Positions 44,012 through 54,063 of a stretch of DNA of 58,209 nucleotides are shown in pieces. This DNA is from a virus. Lineage: Duplodnaviria; Caudoviricetes. The position numbers and the translations under genes were made by a program. How positions within the stretch are numbered: position 1 is the stretch's first letter; the number at the start of each line of letters is the position of its first letter. The stretch is taken from positions 1 through 58,209 of IMG/VR virus record IMGVR_UViG_3300046739_000338, one strand, 5' to 3'. Below the pieces are notes generated by a model, which worked only from the letters and a program-made list of their open reading frames with translations, had not been told where the DNA came from and made no database searches.

Positions 44012-47000
44012 GTGGCGACCTACTACCTTGCGACGACGGGCAATGATGGCAACACTGGCGGCATCAGCGACCCGTGGCTGACCTTTGCGCATGCGGGAGC
44101 GATCCTCGTAGCCGGTGATACGCTGACCGTGCGCGGTGGAACCTACGATGAATCGCGAATCGGTGATACGTTTCCGAGCGGCACGGATTGGACGACCGGC
44201 GCCATTACCGTCGTCGCCTATCCAGGGGAAACGGTGACGGTCTGGCCGACTACGTTTGCCGTACAGACGGTGTTGTGGCTGCAGGGGAAGGCGTTTCACA
44301 TCTGGGACGGCATCAGCCTGCGCGGCGACAACATGGAACCGGATGCCCCGAACGCCCTCATCGACGGCTCGAACCACATCCGCATTAAGAACAGCAGCAA
44401 TTACCGTGCGGCGTGCGCTGGCGTCCTCGTCAAACAATCTTTCGCGGCGTCGAACTCCATTGAACTGATCAACCTGACGATCACCAATGGCGACTTCAAC
44501 AGTTCGTCGACGCAGCCGGCCGCCGGGATCTGGTTTACGTCGGTCGCCGGCAACGCGACAGGGACGAATCTGGCGAACCTCGTCGACGGGTGCCATATCA
44601 GCGGCTTCACGCGAACCTTCTATGACGCGGCAGTCAACATCACCGGCGACCCAGACCGGCTTGGCGGCATTACCATCCGTAACAACGTCCTCAGCGGCAA
44701 TAGCATCGGGGCGATCCTCCGGCACGCGACGACCGTGGCCAATCAGTTCTACAACAATACGGTGTCTGGGAACACCGGGGACGGGATCAACAACTACAGC
44801 GATACCAACAACAGCACCATCTTCAACAACACGATTCACGGCAATGGAGGCTGGGGCATCAACATCGGCGACGGCAGCAACGTCAGACTGACATCGATCA
44901 AGAACAACTCGATCTCGAGCAACACGAGCGGCCCGATTCGCATCGGGACGGCCGACGCCGCCAACACGGCCGTCATCGCCCACAACAACTTCAACGGCAA
45001 CGGCAACGGCAACGTCGACAGCGATGGAAACGGCCTCTCGACGGCCACGAACACGACGACCGTCGCGCCGGCCTATGTCAATGCGGGCACTGGCGACTTT
45101 TCGCTGCAGGGCAGCAGTGGCCTGATCGACATCGGCGTGACGCTCAGCGCCGTGACGACCGACCAAGTTGGCACGACGCGTCCGCAAGGGTCCGCCTACG
45201 ACATCGGGGCATTCGAGTTCAGCGCCTTTTCTGGCTTCCGGCAAGCGGTCCTCGACGGCCTCGTCTCGGCGCAGTCGGAAACGAACGGCTTCAACGCCAA
45301 GCACTCGCAGATCTCCGCCTCAGCCGTCACGCGCGTCAGTAATACGGTCGTCACGATCTTCCTGCCGCCGCTCGTCGGCTACGACATCACGGTGCTAGAG
45401 CAATTGACCGAGACGATCCCCGCGTCGGCGCTTGCTGGCGGCGTGGCGATCGTCGCGACGCCAGTTATCACCATCCTACCGAGCGGAGGGACGACGGGAT
45501 CGACAGGGACGGTGACAGGAACGGCGACAGTCGTTGGCGTTGGACGGACCCTGGCGACGAGCGTCGGCATCGCGGCGGGCGTGGCTGGCGTCACGGCCTC
45601 TTCGACGGTCACGGTGCCGCGTGGCTTGTCGTTCCCGTCGTCGACGGCGACGGCCGTTGGCAGGGCCGCGGCTCGCGCCACGGGCACGGCGACCGGCAGC
45701 GCAGCGGTCATAGGCATCCTCAATCAACCTGGCGCGCACATCGGCACGGCAGCAGGCGGCTCGACTGCGACGGCCGTCGGTCGCGCCGCCTCGCGTGGCA
45801 CGGGCAACGCAGCTGGCACGTCGACGGCCACGACGTCGCCAAAGACGCTGACGAGCGGCACGATCGAGATGGAGTTCAATGGGATCGGCGGAGGTTGGAC
45901 GATGGTCTCCGACTGGCGCCGGTCGGTCGGCGTGCAGTGGCACCGGGGGTTCCCCGGCGTCGGTGTACTGGACCTCGTGGCGGACATCGGGACGCTCAAC
46001 CTCACGCTTGACAACAGCGAGCAGAACAGCGCGACGCTTGCCGGCTACTACAGCCCAGACAACGTGAACTGTCGCATCGGCTTCGGCCTCAATGCGCGCG
46101 TCCGCTACTCGATCGGCGGCACGGTGCGCTTCCTCGGCTTCATCGCGGCGATCGACCCGGTGCCCGGCCTGAAGGGCCCCCGCTACGTGAACATCGAGGT
46201 CGAGAGTTGGATGGCCGTCGCTGCGCGCACGCGGTGTAACGCCAACCTGCCGGTGCAGTTGAACAAGCGCGGCGACGAGATCTTCCAGCTGCTCATCGAC
46301 AATATGGCGCCAGGCACTGGGCCGCCGGCCGTGCAGCGCCAAGGCACGCTCGACATCTACCCCTATACGCTCGACCGGCTACGCGACGAACAGACGCTGA
46401 TTCGTGACGAGATCTACCGCGTCTGCACGAGCGGCCTGGACCGGTGCTGGGAGCGCGGCGACGGGACGGTGGTCTTCGAGAGCCGCGCGCAACGCGCCTC
46501 GGTCGTGGCGAGCGTCGACACGTTCACTGACAGTTCAGGGTTCACGCCGTCACGCGACAGGTCGGGCATCGTCAACAGCGCGCAGACGACCGTCCATCCA
46601 CGGTTGCCTGGCGCGGCCTACGTCGTGATGTACAGCTTGAATGCGCCCATCACGCTGACGCCAGGGCAACCGGTGTCGATCACCGGTACGTGGACGGACC
46701 CCGACAACCCGAACGTGCGCGTCGGGGCGATCGACCTCTTGCCGCTCGTCGCTGGTGTCGACTATATCGTCACTGGCCCGTCTGGTGACATCACGCCATA
46801 CGCGACGGTGACGACGGGACTCTCAGGCAACGCGACGGCGTTCACGGTGACCCTCGGCGGATCGGTCACCGGGCAATTAACGCGGCTGCAGCAACGCGGG
46901 AAGCCGCTCTACGACTATGGCCCGATCGTCCTCACGTGGGCTAACCAGGCGAGCATGCTGCAGAACGGCGTGCAGCAGCAGAGCGTCGACATGGCGTATC

Positions 47001-47359
47001 AGGCTGACCAGCGCTTCGGCCTCGAAGCCGCGCAGTACATCGTCTCGACGCAATCGGTCTTGCAGACGCGGGTCGAGGCCTTCCGGCGAGTCTACGGCCT
47101 GAGCAACACGATAGAACTGCAGCGCACGTTGGCGCGCGAGATCGGCGATCGCGTGACGATCATCGATCCGTTGACAGGCATCAATCGGACGTTCTTCATC
47201 AACGCGATCACCGAGACAGAAGTCGACAGCGTGCTGACGACCGAGTGGATGCTGGCCCCTGCCGACGTGACGACGTTCTGGATGCTCGAAGTGTTTGGGC
47301 GCAGCGAGTTGGATACGACCGCCCGCCTGGCCTTCGGCCTAATCGTGGGGAATCCGTAA
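44012..47359 (+). CDS. Multidomain tail-tip protein: beta-helix, G/T/A linker, tail hub-like domain
   Basis: YYLATTGNDGN..PWLT, Asn-ladder repeats, AYDIGAFE; C-terminal LTLDN...REIGDRVTI. Confidence 0.78.
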   Translation: MATYYLATTGNDGNTGGISDPWLTFAHAGAILVAGDTLTVRGGTYDESRIGDTFPSGTDWTTGAITVVAYPGETVTVWPTTFAVQTVLWLQGKAFHIWDGISLRGDNMEPDAPNALIDGSNHIRIKNSSNYRAACAGVLVKQSFAASNSIELINLTITNGDFNSSSTQPAAGIWFTSVAGNATGTNLANLVDGCHISGFTRTFYDAAVNITGDPDRLGGITIRNNVLSGNSIGAILRHATTVANQFYNNTVSGNTGDGINNYSDTNNSTIFNNTIHGNGGWGINIGDGSNVRLTSIKNNSISSNTSGPIRIGTADAANTAVIAHNNFNGNGNGNVDSDGNGLSTATNTTTVAPAYVNAGTGDFSLQGSSGLIDIGVTLSAVTTDQVGTTRPQGSAYDIGAFEFSAFSGFRQAVLDGLVSAQSETNGFNAKHSQISASAVTRVSNTVVTIFLPPLVGYDITVLEQLTETIPASALAGGVAIVATPVITILPSGGTTGSTGTVTGTATVVGVGRTLATSVGIAAGVAGVTASSTVTVPRGLSFPSSTATAVGRAAARATGTATGSAAVIGILNQPGAHIGTAAGGSTATAVGRAASRGTGNAAGTSTATTSPKTLTSGTIEMEFNGIGGGWTMVSDWRRSVGVQWHRGFPGVGVLDLVADIGTLNLTLDNSEQNSATLAGYYSPDNVNCRIGFGLNARVRYSIGGTVRFLGFIAAIDPVPGLKGPRYVNIEVESWMAVAARTRCNANLPVQLNKRGDEIFQLLIDNMAPGTGPPAVQRQGTLDIYPYTLDRLRDEQTLIRDEIYRVCTSGLDRCWERGDGTVVFESRAQRASVVASVDTFTDSSGFTPSRDRSGIVNSAQTTVHPRLPGAAYVVMYSLNAPITLTPGQPVSITGTWTDPDNPNVRVGAIDLLPLVAGVDYIVTGPSGDITPYATVTTGLSGNATAFTVTLGGSVTGQLTRLQQRGKPLYDYGPIVLTWANQASMLQNGVQQQSVDMAYQADQRFGLEAAQYIVSTQSVLQTRVEAFRRVYGLSNTIELQRTLAREIGDRVTIIDPLTGINRTFFINAITETEVDSVLTTEWMLAPADVTTFWMLEVFGRSELDTTARLAFGLIVGNP

Positions 47360-47757
47360 TGCCATACATTGCCATCGAGACGGCGACCAGCCTCCGCTTT
47401 GCAGATGGGACGCACGTCAAGACTCCAGAGCAGTACCTCGGGTGGCACCGTTTGCACGTCGACAGTCGCGCAGTGGCCGTCGTCTTCGGCAGCGATGCGC
47501 CACTTGCTGCGCGCATCAACTACGGACGGTGGATCGCCGACTGCGTGTGTCGCACCGGCATGTATACGCATCCCCTGTGGAGGATGGCCTGCTGCGGCGA
47601 GTGCGGCGCGGTGTATCGCGACGTCGTGTTTCCACAGGACTGGCCGTTCATCGAACGCGAGTTGCTGAAGCGACCGGCGCGAGAGTCGCAGAATTGGTTT
47701 CCGACGGAGACGCTCGACATGCTGCAACGCGAATCAGCCGCGCATGGAGTGGCCTAG
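47359..47757 (+). CDS. Cys-rich tail-associated protein
   Basis: WIADCVCRTG..CCGECG. Confidence 0.6.
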   Translation: MPYIAIETATSLRFADGTHVKTPEQYLGWHRLHVDSRAVAVVFGSDAPLAARINYGRWIADCVCRTGMYTHPLWRMACCGECGAVYRDVVFPQDWPFIERELLKRPARESQNWFPTETLDMLQRESAAHGVA

Positions 47758-48254
47758 TGGCGTGGAGCGTCCCTAAAACGTGGACCGTCGGCGAGTTCGT
47801 CACCGCGGCGATGATGAACGTCTACGTCCGCGACAACATGAACTTCCTGCACGACCAGTTTGGGCAGTGGACACCGGTGCCGTTCAACAATGCCAACTTT
47901 TTTACCGACGCCCCGTCCCTGTGGCTCGTCGCGGTGAATAACATTCAACAGAATCAATCCCAGATCTACAACGGCAATACGTTGTTGTGGTCGTTCAGTT
48001 GCGGCGCAACCAGGTTGACCAGCCCCTCGACGTACCTGTACCTCACTGCGCCGAACAGTGGCGGGACGCCATTCCATACGGTCGAACAGGTTGATCGGAC
48101 CGCATATGCTGACAGTTTTCCCGCACCGGCCGTCGAGTGCTTGATCGGGCCGATTTCACCGTTTGTCCTACGCGTCTGGCGCGTCGACGGTTTGCAGTTC
48201 ACCTCCGGTACAGCGTTGGGCCTTTACTTCAACATCTTCATGAGGATCGGCTGA
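47757..48254 (+). CDS. Putative receptor-binding/minor tail protein, paralog 1
   Basis: AWSVPKTWTVGE..MNVYVRDN. Confidence 0.7.
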   Translation: MAWSVPKTWTVGEFVTAAMMNVYVRDNMNFLHDQFGQWTPVPFNNANFFTDAPSLWLVAVNNIQQNQSQIYNGNTLLWSFSCGATRLTSPSTYLYLTAPNSGGTPFHTVEQVDRTAYADSFPAPAVECLIGPISPFVLRVWRVDGLQFTSGTALGLYFNIFMRIG

Positions 48255-48754
48255 TGGCGTGGACCGTGCCTCGCACGTGGGTCACCGGCGAGCTGGTCTC
48301 GTCGTCGATGTTCAACACCAACGTCCGAGACAACTCGAACTTCCTCTTTACGAACTTCGGCGTGTGGGCGCAGGTACCCTTTAACGTGGCGAACTTCGGC
48401 GGAGACGCAGGCCTCTGGACGGTCAACGCAGGAAATGTCACGGCAAACTTCTTCGAGGTCGTCAACCAGACGCTGTACTGGATTTTCGCCGTGAACACTA
48501 CGACCCTCGTCACGGCGACAACCTTCTTGCATATCATCTCTCCCGTCATCGGAGCCTATCATCTGACTGGAAACGCTTCGCAGGCCAAGCGCGTCTCCCT
48601 CCTTGGCGATGCCGGCGGCCTATATGCTTGCGTCATAGGGCCTCTGAACCCGACGACGATGGGTGTCTGGCGCGTCGACGGACAACTCTTTCAACCCAAC
48701 GGGGCCTCGCTGTCGTTGTGGTTTAACACCTTCTGTCAGGTACTGGCAACTTAA
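48254..48754 (+). CDS. Putative receptor-binding/minor tail protein, paralog 2
   Basis: AWTVPRTWVTGE..FNTNVRDN. Confidence 0.7.
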   Translation: MAWTVPRTWVTGELVSSSMFNTNVRDNSNFLFTNFGVWAQVPFNVANFGGDAGLWTVNAGNVTANFFEVVNQTLYWIFAVNTTTLVTATTFLHIISPVIGAYHLTGNASQAKRVSLLGDAGGLYACVIGPLNPTTMGVWRVDGQLFQPNGASLSLWFNTFCQVLAT

Positions 48755-49302
48755 TGGCTTGGTCGATTCCCCGCTCATGGATCCCCGGCGAAATCGCCAC
48801 GGCGGTGATGATGAACGCCAACGTGCGCGACAATCAGAACGCGCTGCTGGCCCTCTTCACACCGTGGGTCGACGTGTCGTTCGATCCGTTGGACTTTACG
48901 GCGGACGATGGACTCGGTGGAGGGGGAGCCTCTTGGACGCAATCGACGTTGAGCATCACGCACAACGCGTACTTCGTCGTGCAGAACACGTTGTTCTGGT
49001 CGTTCGGCTGTAATGGCTCATTCTGCTCGGGCGGGTCTGGTAATGACCAAATCCTATTCTTGTTCATCCGACAACCGACGCGACTGACCCGCAATTTCGC
49101 CACGAGTGAGCAGATCGGATTGGTCAGCTATCTGAACTGCCAAGGACAGATTGCTGGCGTCAACATGGCCGAGTGGATCTGCCGCCCGATCTCAGGCGCA
49201 CAACTGCGTATGGAGCCGAACAACAGCATCCCGTTTACAGCGACGCACGGCTTCAACAACCCGCTGACGCTGTACTTCAATGTCTTTATGTGGATTATAT
49301 GA
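48754..49302 (+). CDS. Putative receptor-binding/minor tail protein, paralog 3
   Basis: AWSIPRSWIPGE..MNANVRDN. Confidence 0.7.
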   Translation: MAWSIPRSWIPGEIATAVMMNANVRDNQNALLALFTPWVDVSFDPLDFTADDGLGGGGASWTQSTLSITHNAYFVVQNTLFWSFGCNGSFCSGGSGNDQILFLFIRQPTRLTRNFATSEQIGLVSYLNCQGQIAGVNMAEWICRPISGAQLRMEPNNSIPFTATHGFNNPLTLYFNVFMWII

Positions 49303-51404
49303 AACAACTATTTCTCCTGGCTTTCCTCACATCCGCGTGCGCGACATTGCCGCCAGGCCCCGTCGTGCCGGCTCCGACGCCGACGAATCCGGCGCTCGGC
49401 GTCGTGGGATCATACCGAGGCCCGCTGGACGCGGCGACGTTGTCCACCCTCGCGACGACGAACCTCACGCTGCGCGCAGGCGTGGCAACCGCTCAGCAGG
49501 CGCAGCAGATCGTCGATTCCGTGAAGCCTTACCCCTCGCTGCACGTCCTCTGGCTCGTGGAGGCGGCCGACGACAGCATCGTCAAAGCCATCGAGCCGAT
49601 TGCGCAAGCGTCGCTGCAGACGTGGGGCATCGAGCTGGGGAACGAGCTGGACCTTGGCGGACTGTCATCGAAGCAGTTCGGCGACTGGGTGCTGCGCAAC
49701 CACACGTGGCTGCGAGCGGCTGGCTACACCGGGCGCGTCGTCAGCGGCGGGATCTTCGCCGTGCAGCCCGAGACGCTGAAATGGCTGACGGACGCAGGTT
49801 CTCAGAACTGGCCGGCGGACATCATCATCGCCGTGCACCGCTACGGCGACCCTGACAGCAGCGACAAGTACACGAGCCGCGACGCCGAGAACCAAGCGAT
49901 CCTCCAAGCCACGCGCGGGCATCAGGTGGTCGTCACCGAGTTCGGCTATCCGACGCACACCAGTGCCGACGAAGCGTGGGCGGCCGAGGCCGTGAAGCGC
50001 GACATCAGCTGGTTCGGCAAGCTGGCCGCGCCGCTCATCACGCAGTACCAGCTGCTCGATGGGCCTGGCACCGGGAACATCGATCACTTCGGCATCAAGA
50101 CTGTCGACGGGCGGTGGAAGACTGGCGCGGCGACGCTGGGCATCATGCCGCGTCCGCCGCCCACTGGCGTCGCAGCGGACCTCGTGGCCTGCAAGTCGCC
50201 CTTCATCGACAACTACTGCGACGGGATGCCAGGGGCGGTCTTTGCCATCGAGGTCGCACCGAACGTCTGGAAGACGTACAAGGGCGATGGGAACGGCTAC
50301 GCGTGGGCAGCCGACCTCCCGAACGTCCCAGACAGCCGCATCACCATCTCCGCGCCGGGTTACTTCACCCTCGGCCCCGTCCACGTCGACATCAACCACG
50401 TTCCCCCTATTCCAACTGACCTCGTCGCGGTGAACGCGGCGGGCATTCACAACGTCTGGCAGTTGCAGGCCGAGCCGCCGCCGTTCCCGCCGCCGCCCAC
50501 GCGTCAGCAGGCGCTGAACGTCCATATTACCGGGCAGGGGCTGACGGTCGATACGCAGCAGTACGGCACGCTGCCGTGGTGGGAAGCCGCGCTGACATAC
50601 CTGACATCGACCGACCGCAACGCCGTCTACGCCGCGAAGCACGCGTCGACCGCGTGGCCTAGCGGCGACGCGCACGCCATCATCGCCGTGCCCTCGGGCC
50701 GCGCGCTCTACGACGAGCCGAATCAGCCGTACAACGCCACGGCGTTCCCGCCGCTCGACTGGACGAACGGCGGCACGGCGATGGTGCCAGAGTTCGACGC
50801 GCTCGTGATCGAAGTGATCCGCAATGGCTTCGTGCCGATGATCTTTCTCGACGAGACGATGGCGACGAGCAACAAGACGTTGCCGGTCGTCATCGACGCG
50901 CTGCAGCATTCGGCGCTCGGCGACCTCACGCCCTACGTCATCATCCTGCCTGGCTGGGACGGGGTCTTCTACGGCTGGGAGCCGTCGCACGAGGTGATCC
51001 CGGCGTGGGCGGCGAACGCGCGCCGGCAGTGCCCGGCCTGCTACCTCGGCATCGAGCACAACGTCGGGCACATTCCGCTCGGCGAGGGCGACTCGGACTG
51101 GACGCCTACCGGGCTGATGAAGGACTTCGACCTGCTGCTGTCGGAGTTCTGGGATGGCATCTTCGACGACACGGTCTACCAGATCGCGGGGCGCACGATC
51201 CGACCGTACCACCGGCCAGCGGACCAGGTCGGCGACCCGAACCCGCCGATGTACATGAAGGGCAACCTGCGGGACCCGAATGCGCAGCCCGCGTGCTTCT
51301 TTGAGTTTGGGATGTACGGGTGGGTGCGTGGGTCATCAAGTGCTGCGTCGATTGTCCAGTGGCGGAAACGGTTCAAGGACCTCGGATATGCGTGTGGAGG
51401 GTAA
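49299..51404 (+). CDS. Lipoprotein with a clan GH-A-like glycoside hydrolase domain and a second possible TIM-barrel domain
   Basis: MKQLFLLAFLTSAC lipobox; IELGNE, AVHRY, VVTEFGY, HFGI; second domain GWEP..FFEFG. Confidence 0.7.
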   Translation: MKQLFLLAFLTSACATLPPGPVVPAPTPTNPALGVVGSYRGPLDAATLSTLATTNLTLRAGVATAQQAQQIVDSVKPYPSLHVLWLVEAADDSIVKAIEPIAQASLQTWGIELGNELDLGGLSSKQFGDWVLRNHTWLRAAGYTGRVVSGGIFAVQPETLKWLTDAGSQNWPADIIIAVHRYGDPDSSDKYTSRDAENQAILQATRGHQVVVTEFGYPTHTSADEAWAAEAVKRDISWFGKLAAPLITQYQLLDGPGTGNIDHFGIKTVDGRWKTGAATLGIMPRPPPTGVAADLVACKSPFIDNYCDGMPGAVFAIEVAPNVWKTYKGDGNGYAWAADLPNVPDSRITISAPGYFTLGPVHVDINHVPPIPTDLVAVNAAGIHNVWQLQAEPPPFPPPPTRQQALNVHITGQGLTVDTQQYGTLPWWEAALTYLTSTDRNAVYAAKHASTAWPSGDAHAIIAVPSGRALYDEPNQPYNATAFPPLDWTNGGTAMVPEFDALVIEVIRNGFVPMIFLDETMATSNKTLPVVIDALQHSALGDLTPYVIILPGWDGVFYGWEPSHEVIPAWAANARRQCPACYLGIEHNVGHIPLGEGDSDWTPTGLMKDFDLLLSEFWDGIFDDTVYQIAGRTIRPYHRPADQVGDPNPPMYMKGNLRDPNAQPACFFEFGMYGWVRGSSSAASIVQWRKRFKDLGYACGG

Positions 51405-51405
51405 C

Positions 51406-51561
51406 GTGAGGGTCATCGACCGATTGAACATCAAGTACTTGCTGAAGATCCTTCGAGGCGATGCGTTCACGAAATGCCCTCGCTGCGGGTATCAGTCACC
51501 GATCGCATCGAAAGAAGAGCAGATCAACGCGGAGCACAAGGCGCAAAAGGAGAAGGCATGA
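51406..51561 (+). CDS. Small hypothetical protein
   Basis: GGAGG RBS, GTG start, CPRCG. Confidence 0.45.
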   Translation: MRVIDRLNIKYLLKILRGDAFTKCPRCGYQSPIASKEEQINAEHKAQKEKA

Positions 51562-51920
51562 GAAGTGTAATGATCATCATCGCGCTGCTCGCGGGCGGCT
51601 GCGCCACAGCCGCGCCGAACCTGACGCCGGTCGGGCAGCACGCCTACACGGCCGACCAAGTGGCGATGCGGGTGGCGGAGCTGCAGAACGCGGCGATACA
51701 GGCGGAGGCGACGGGCGGACTGCCCACGGCGACAACGCGGATCATCGTGCAGTTCGCGGTCACCGTGGCGCCGACATTGCGCGCGGTGCCGGCCGGGTGG
51801 CCGCAGACGGTCTTGGCGGCGTGGACGGCGGCGAAGATGCAAGTCGGACCGTTGACGAACCCGCTCGTCGTCGCCGCGATGAGCGCCTTGGACGTCGTGA
51901 TTGCTGGGATCCAGCCATGA
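51558..51920 (+). CDS. Lipoprotein
   Basis: AAGGAG RBS; MRSVMIIIALLAGGC lipobox. Confidence 0.75.
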   Translation: MRSVMIIIALLAGGCATAAPNLTPVGQHAYTADQVAMRVAELQNAAIQAEATGGLPTATTRIIVQFAVTVAPTLRAVPAGWPQTVLAAWTAAKMQVGPLTNPLVVAAMSALDVVIAGIQP

Positions 51921-52105
51921 ATACAGCACTCTTGCTCGCGCTCATCACGCAGATCGGCATCCCGGAACTCGAAGCCTGGCTGCGGTCCTTGCGCGGCGGC
52001 GGCCAGCAGACGTTGACCGACGCCGACGTGCTCGCGAAGTTGGCGACCGACACGAAGTTCATCGAGGACATCGGCAACGCGTGGTTGGCACAGCACCCGA
52101 AGTAA
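51917..52105 (+). CDS. Hypothetical protein
   Basis: ATGA overlap; last + strand gene. Confidence 0.6.
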   Translation: MNTALLLALITQIGIPELEAWLRSLRGGGQQTLTDADVLAKLATDTKFIEDIGNAWLAQHPK

Positions 52106-52106
52106 G

Positions 52107-52322
52107 CTACATCTTGACAAGCTGATCCTGTAACGACTGGATAAACCGTTGAAGTTGTTCTTTAGTGAGCATCACTTCGCGGCAACGGCCGCGATCGGGA
52201 CCGACTGAACGATAGGTCAACCGGAGTTCTAAGATGGGTAACGACGAACCCTCAACGACGATCCCATCGATGACCTCAGATTCAACGAATCGGCCGAAGA
52301 GCGTTGCGACTTCTGATTTCAT
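52107..52322 (-). CDS. Hypothetical protein (AT-richer)
   Basis: AAGGAA RBS; MKSEVATLFGRF. Confidence 0.5.
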   Translation of the reverse strand: MKSEVATLFGRFVESEVIDGIVVEGSSLPILELRLTYRSVGPDRGRCREVMLTKEQLQRFIQSLQDQLVKM

Positions 52323-52572
52323 GGGTTCCTTAAAGTGCGACTGGGTCCGGTGTCCGGGCTTCTCGGCCCTGGCGCCGGCGCCCGTGCCGCCACCGCTGCC
52401 CTGCGACTGCGGGAGGGCGCCGAAATAAACCTCGGAGGCGGTGCAACCTCGACCCGTGGCGTCATCGTCATCCGTAACGAACAAGAACGATCCCCAGTCA
52501 GGCCAAATTCCCACCGCATTCATCGAGTGCTGACCCGCCGGCAATATGGCGGGTATCGATCTCCGAGGCTCA

Positions 52573-52755
52573 TCACAGGCCGTAGAGCCAGTCCCAGAAG
52601 GCATACCACATGTCCCACCAGGACACCGAGACGGAAGCGGCGTGGAGATAGGCGCCCGACGTGCCGACGAGGATGACGACGGCGAGGAGCCACAGCGTCT
52701 TGCGCTCGGAGGGCAGGTCACTCCAGCGACCGGCGCGAATCAACTGCATCAGCAT
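52573..52755 (-). CDS. Small membrane protein
   Basis: AAAGGAG RBS; one TM segment. Confidence 0.6.
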   Translation of the reverse strand: MLMQLIRAGRWSDLPSERKTLWLLAVVILVGTSGAYLHAASVSVSWWDMWYAFWDWLYGL

Positions 52756-52771
52756 GGTCGTTCTCCTTTGT

Positions 52772-53047
52772 TCATGGCTGCACCGGAGGATCAGGGAGCG
52801 CGGATTCGCGTGAACCGATCCAGATATGTTCTTCAGCCTTGCAGCCGTCGCGGGTGCCTTCCTTCACGAGCCAGCCAATTGCTCGTTCAGCGTCCTCTCT
52901 CCGAGCGAAGCGCATGGCACACTTCGCTCGATGGTGCAGCGTGCCATCAATCGCATCGGTCCATTCGTCGCCGCGTCCCGTCCACCACTGCGGCGTGGAA
53001 CTCCCGAGCGCCACGAGCCACGCGACCTGTTCTGTTGCTTTGTTCAT
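52772..53047 (-). CDS. Hypothetical protein
   Basis: VAWLV..WTD..RFARREDAE..AEEHIW; ends ALPDPPVQP. Confidence 0.7.
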   Translation of the reverse strand: MNKATEQVAWLVALGSSTPQWWTGRGDEWTDAIDGTLHHRAKCAMRFARREDAERAIGWLVKEGTRDGCKAEEHIWIGSRESALPDPPVQP

Positions 53048-53059
53048 TTGTCGGTCCCC

Positions 53060-53452
53060 CTAGGTGTCCGCGCGTGTAGTCGCTGCAATCGTAGCCACAC
53101 TACGATTCGGGGCATTTCGTGAAACCATTAACCGATAGATAGCGGTCAGAGCAGATTGAACAGCAAGGTCGCGCGGCAACGGATGTTGGCTCACGCACGA
53201 TTGAATGTAGTCAACGGCCGCGTCCCAATCAGTGTCCAATGGCTCCTGTCGGTCCCCCTCGGTGTCCGCCCGCAGTAGGGCCTCCATCATCTCAGCACAG
53301 ACCGCAAACGCCTTGGCCTCACCAGCCGCCCGCAGACGATCCGGCGTCAGTGTCCCTTCGACAGAGAACTGCCCAGCCATTAGCGCCATCGAGCGAAACT
53401 CCTTCGCTAACACTTCAATGTGCCACCTGATCCCTGAATGCTTGCGTTTCAT
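53060..53452 (-). CDS. Mosaic hypothetical protein
   Basis: Contains one DTEGDRQ; its stop codon lies inside another repeat copy. Confidence 0.7.
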   Translation of the reverse strand: MKRKHSGIRWHIEVLAKEFRSMALMAGQFSVEGTLTPDRLRAAGEAKAFAVCAEMMEALLRADTEGDRQEPLDTDWDAAVDYIQSCVSQHPLPRDLAVQSALTAIYRLMVSRNAPNRSVATIAATTRADT

Positions 53453-54063
53453 TTCATCTCCCTCTCCGTCACGGCGATGGCTTCTTGCAGCACGTGCTTC
53501 ACGTTTTCGGCTTCCTCAGCGGATGTGTGATCCGTCCATTCAATCGAATCGAGGAACCCCAACGCAGAGTCTGCGGCACCTCGCAGCGTGCTTGTCGCTG
53601 AAGTTGGCTCCTGTCGGTCCCCCTCGGTGTCCGCCCGCGTTGGCGGTGCCTCGTTTAAGTAGCCGCGCCTAAACCAGTTGGGGCGTTCTGCGTCAAGCTC
53701 GCGTGCCCAACCAGCAACAACCATCGGGTCGATAGCCGACACGCCATTCGCCGTCGCATTTCGCATGCGCTCCACCAGCGTCGAAAGCGACCGCTTCGAT
53801 GGGTCATGCAGCGGACAGCCGAACTCGCCGCGACCCGTCCAGCAGGAACAAGTCTCAGGCTCCTGTCGGTCCCCCTCGGTGTCCAGCACGGCCGCACGTA
53901 ACTGAGAAGCCGCAGCAATCATCGCTTCGCCGCGGCCTTGCGCGCGATCTCGCCGGTCAGGTGGGAAGTCGAGGGTGTTCGCGTCTGCGAAATGACTCTC
54001 GATTTGTGCTTCAAACCGTTCCATCAGCGCTCGGAGTCGTCGGGTGCGGGCGTCAGCCGTCAT
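53449..54063 (-). CDS. Mosaic hypothetical protein
   Basis: Starts MTADARTRRLRAL; two DTEGDRQ linkers. Confidence 0.75.
   Translation of the reverse strand: MTADARTRRLRALMERFEAQIESHFADANTLDFPPDRRDRAQGRGEAMIAAASQLRAAVLDTEGDRQEPETCSCWTGRGEFGCPLHDPSKRSLSTLVERMRNATANGVSAIDPMVVAGWARELDAERPNWFRRGYLNEAPPTRADTEGDRQEPTSATSTLRGAADSALGFLDSIEWTDHTSAEEAENVKHVLQEAIAVTEREMK

Noticed and set aside
47757-49302. Diversity-generating retroelement acting on the tail paralogs
   Set aside because: I saw no reverse transcriptase and no near-identical template/variable repeat pair differing at adenines.
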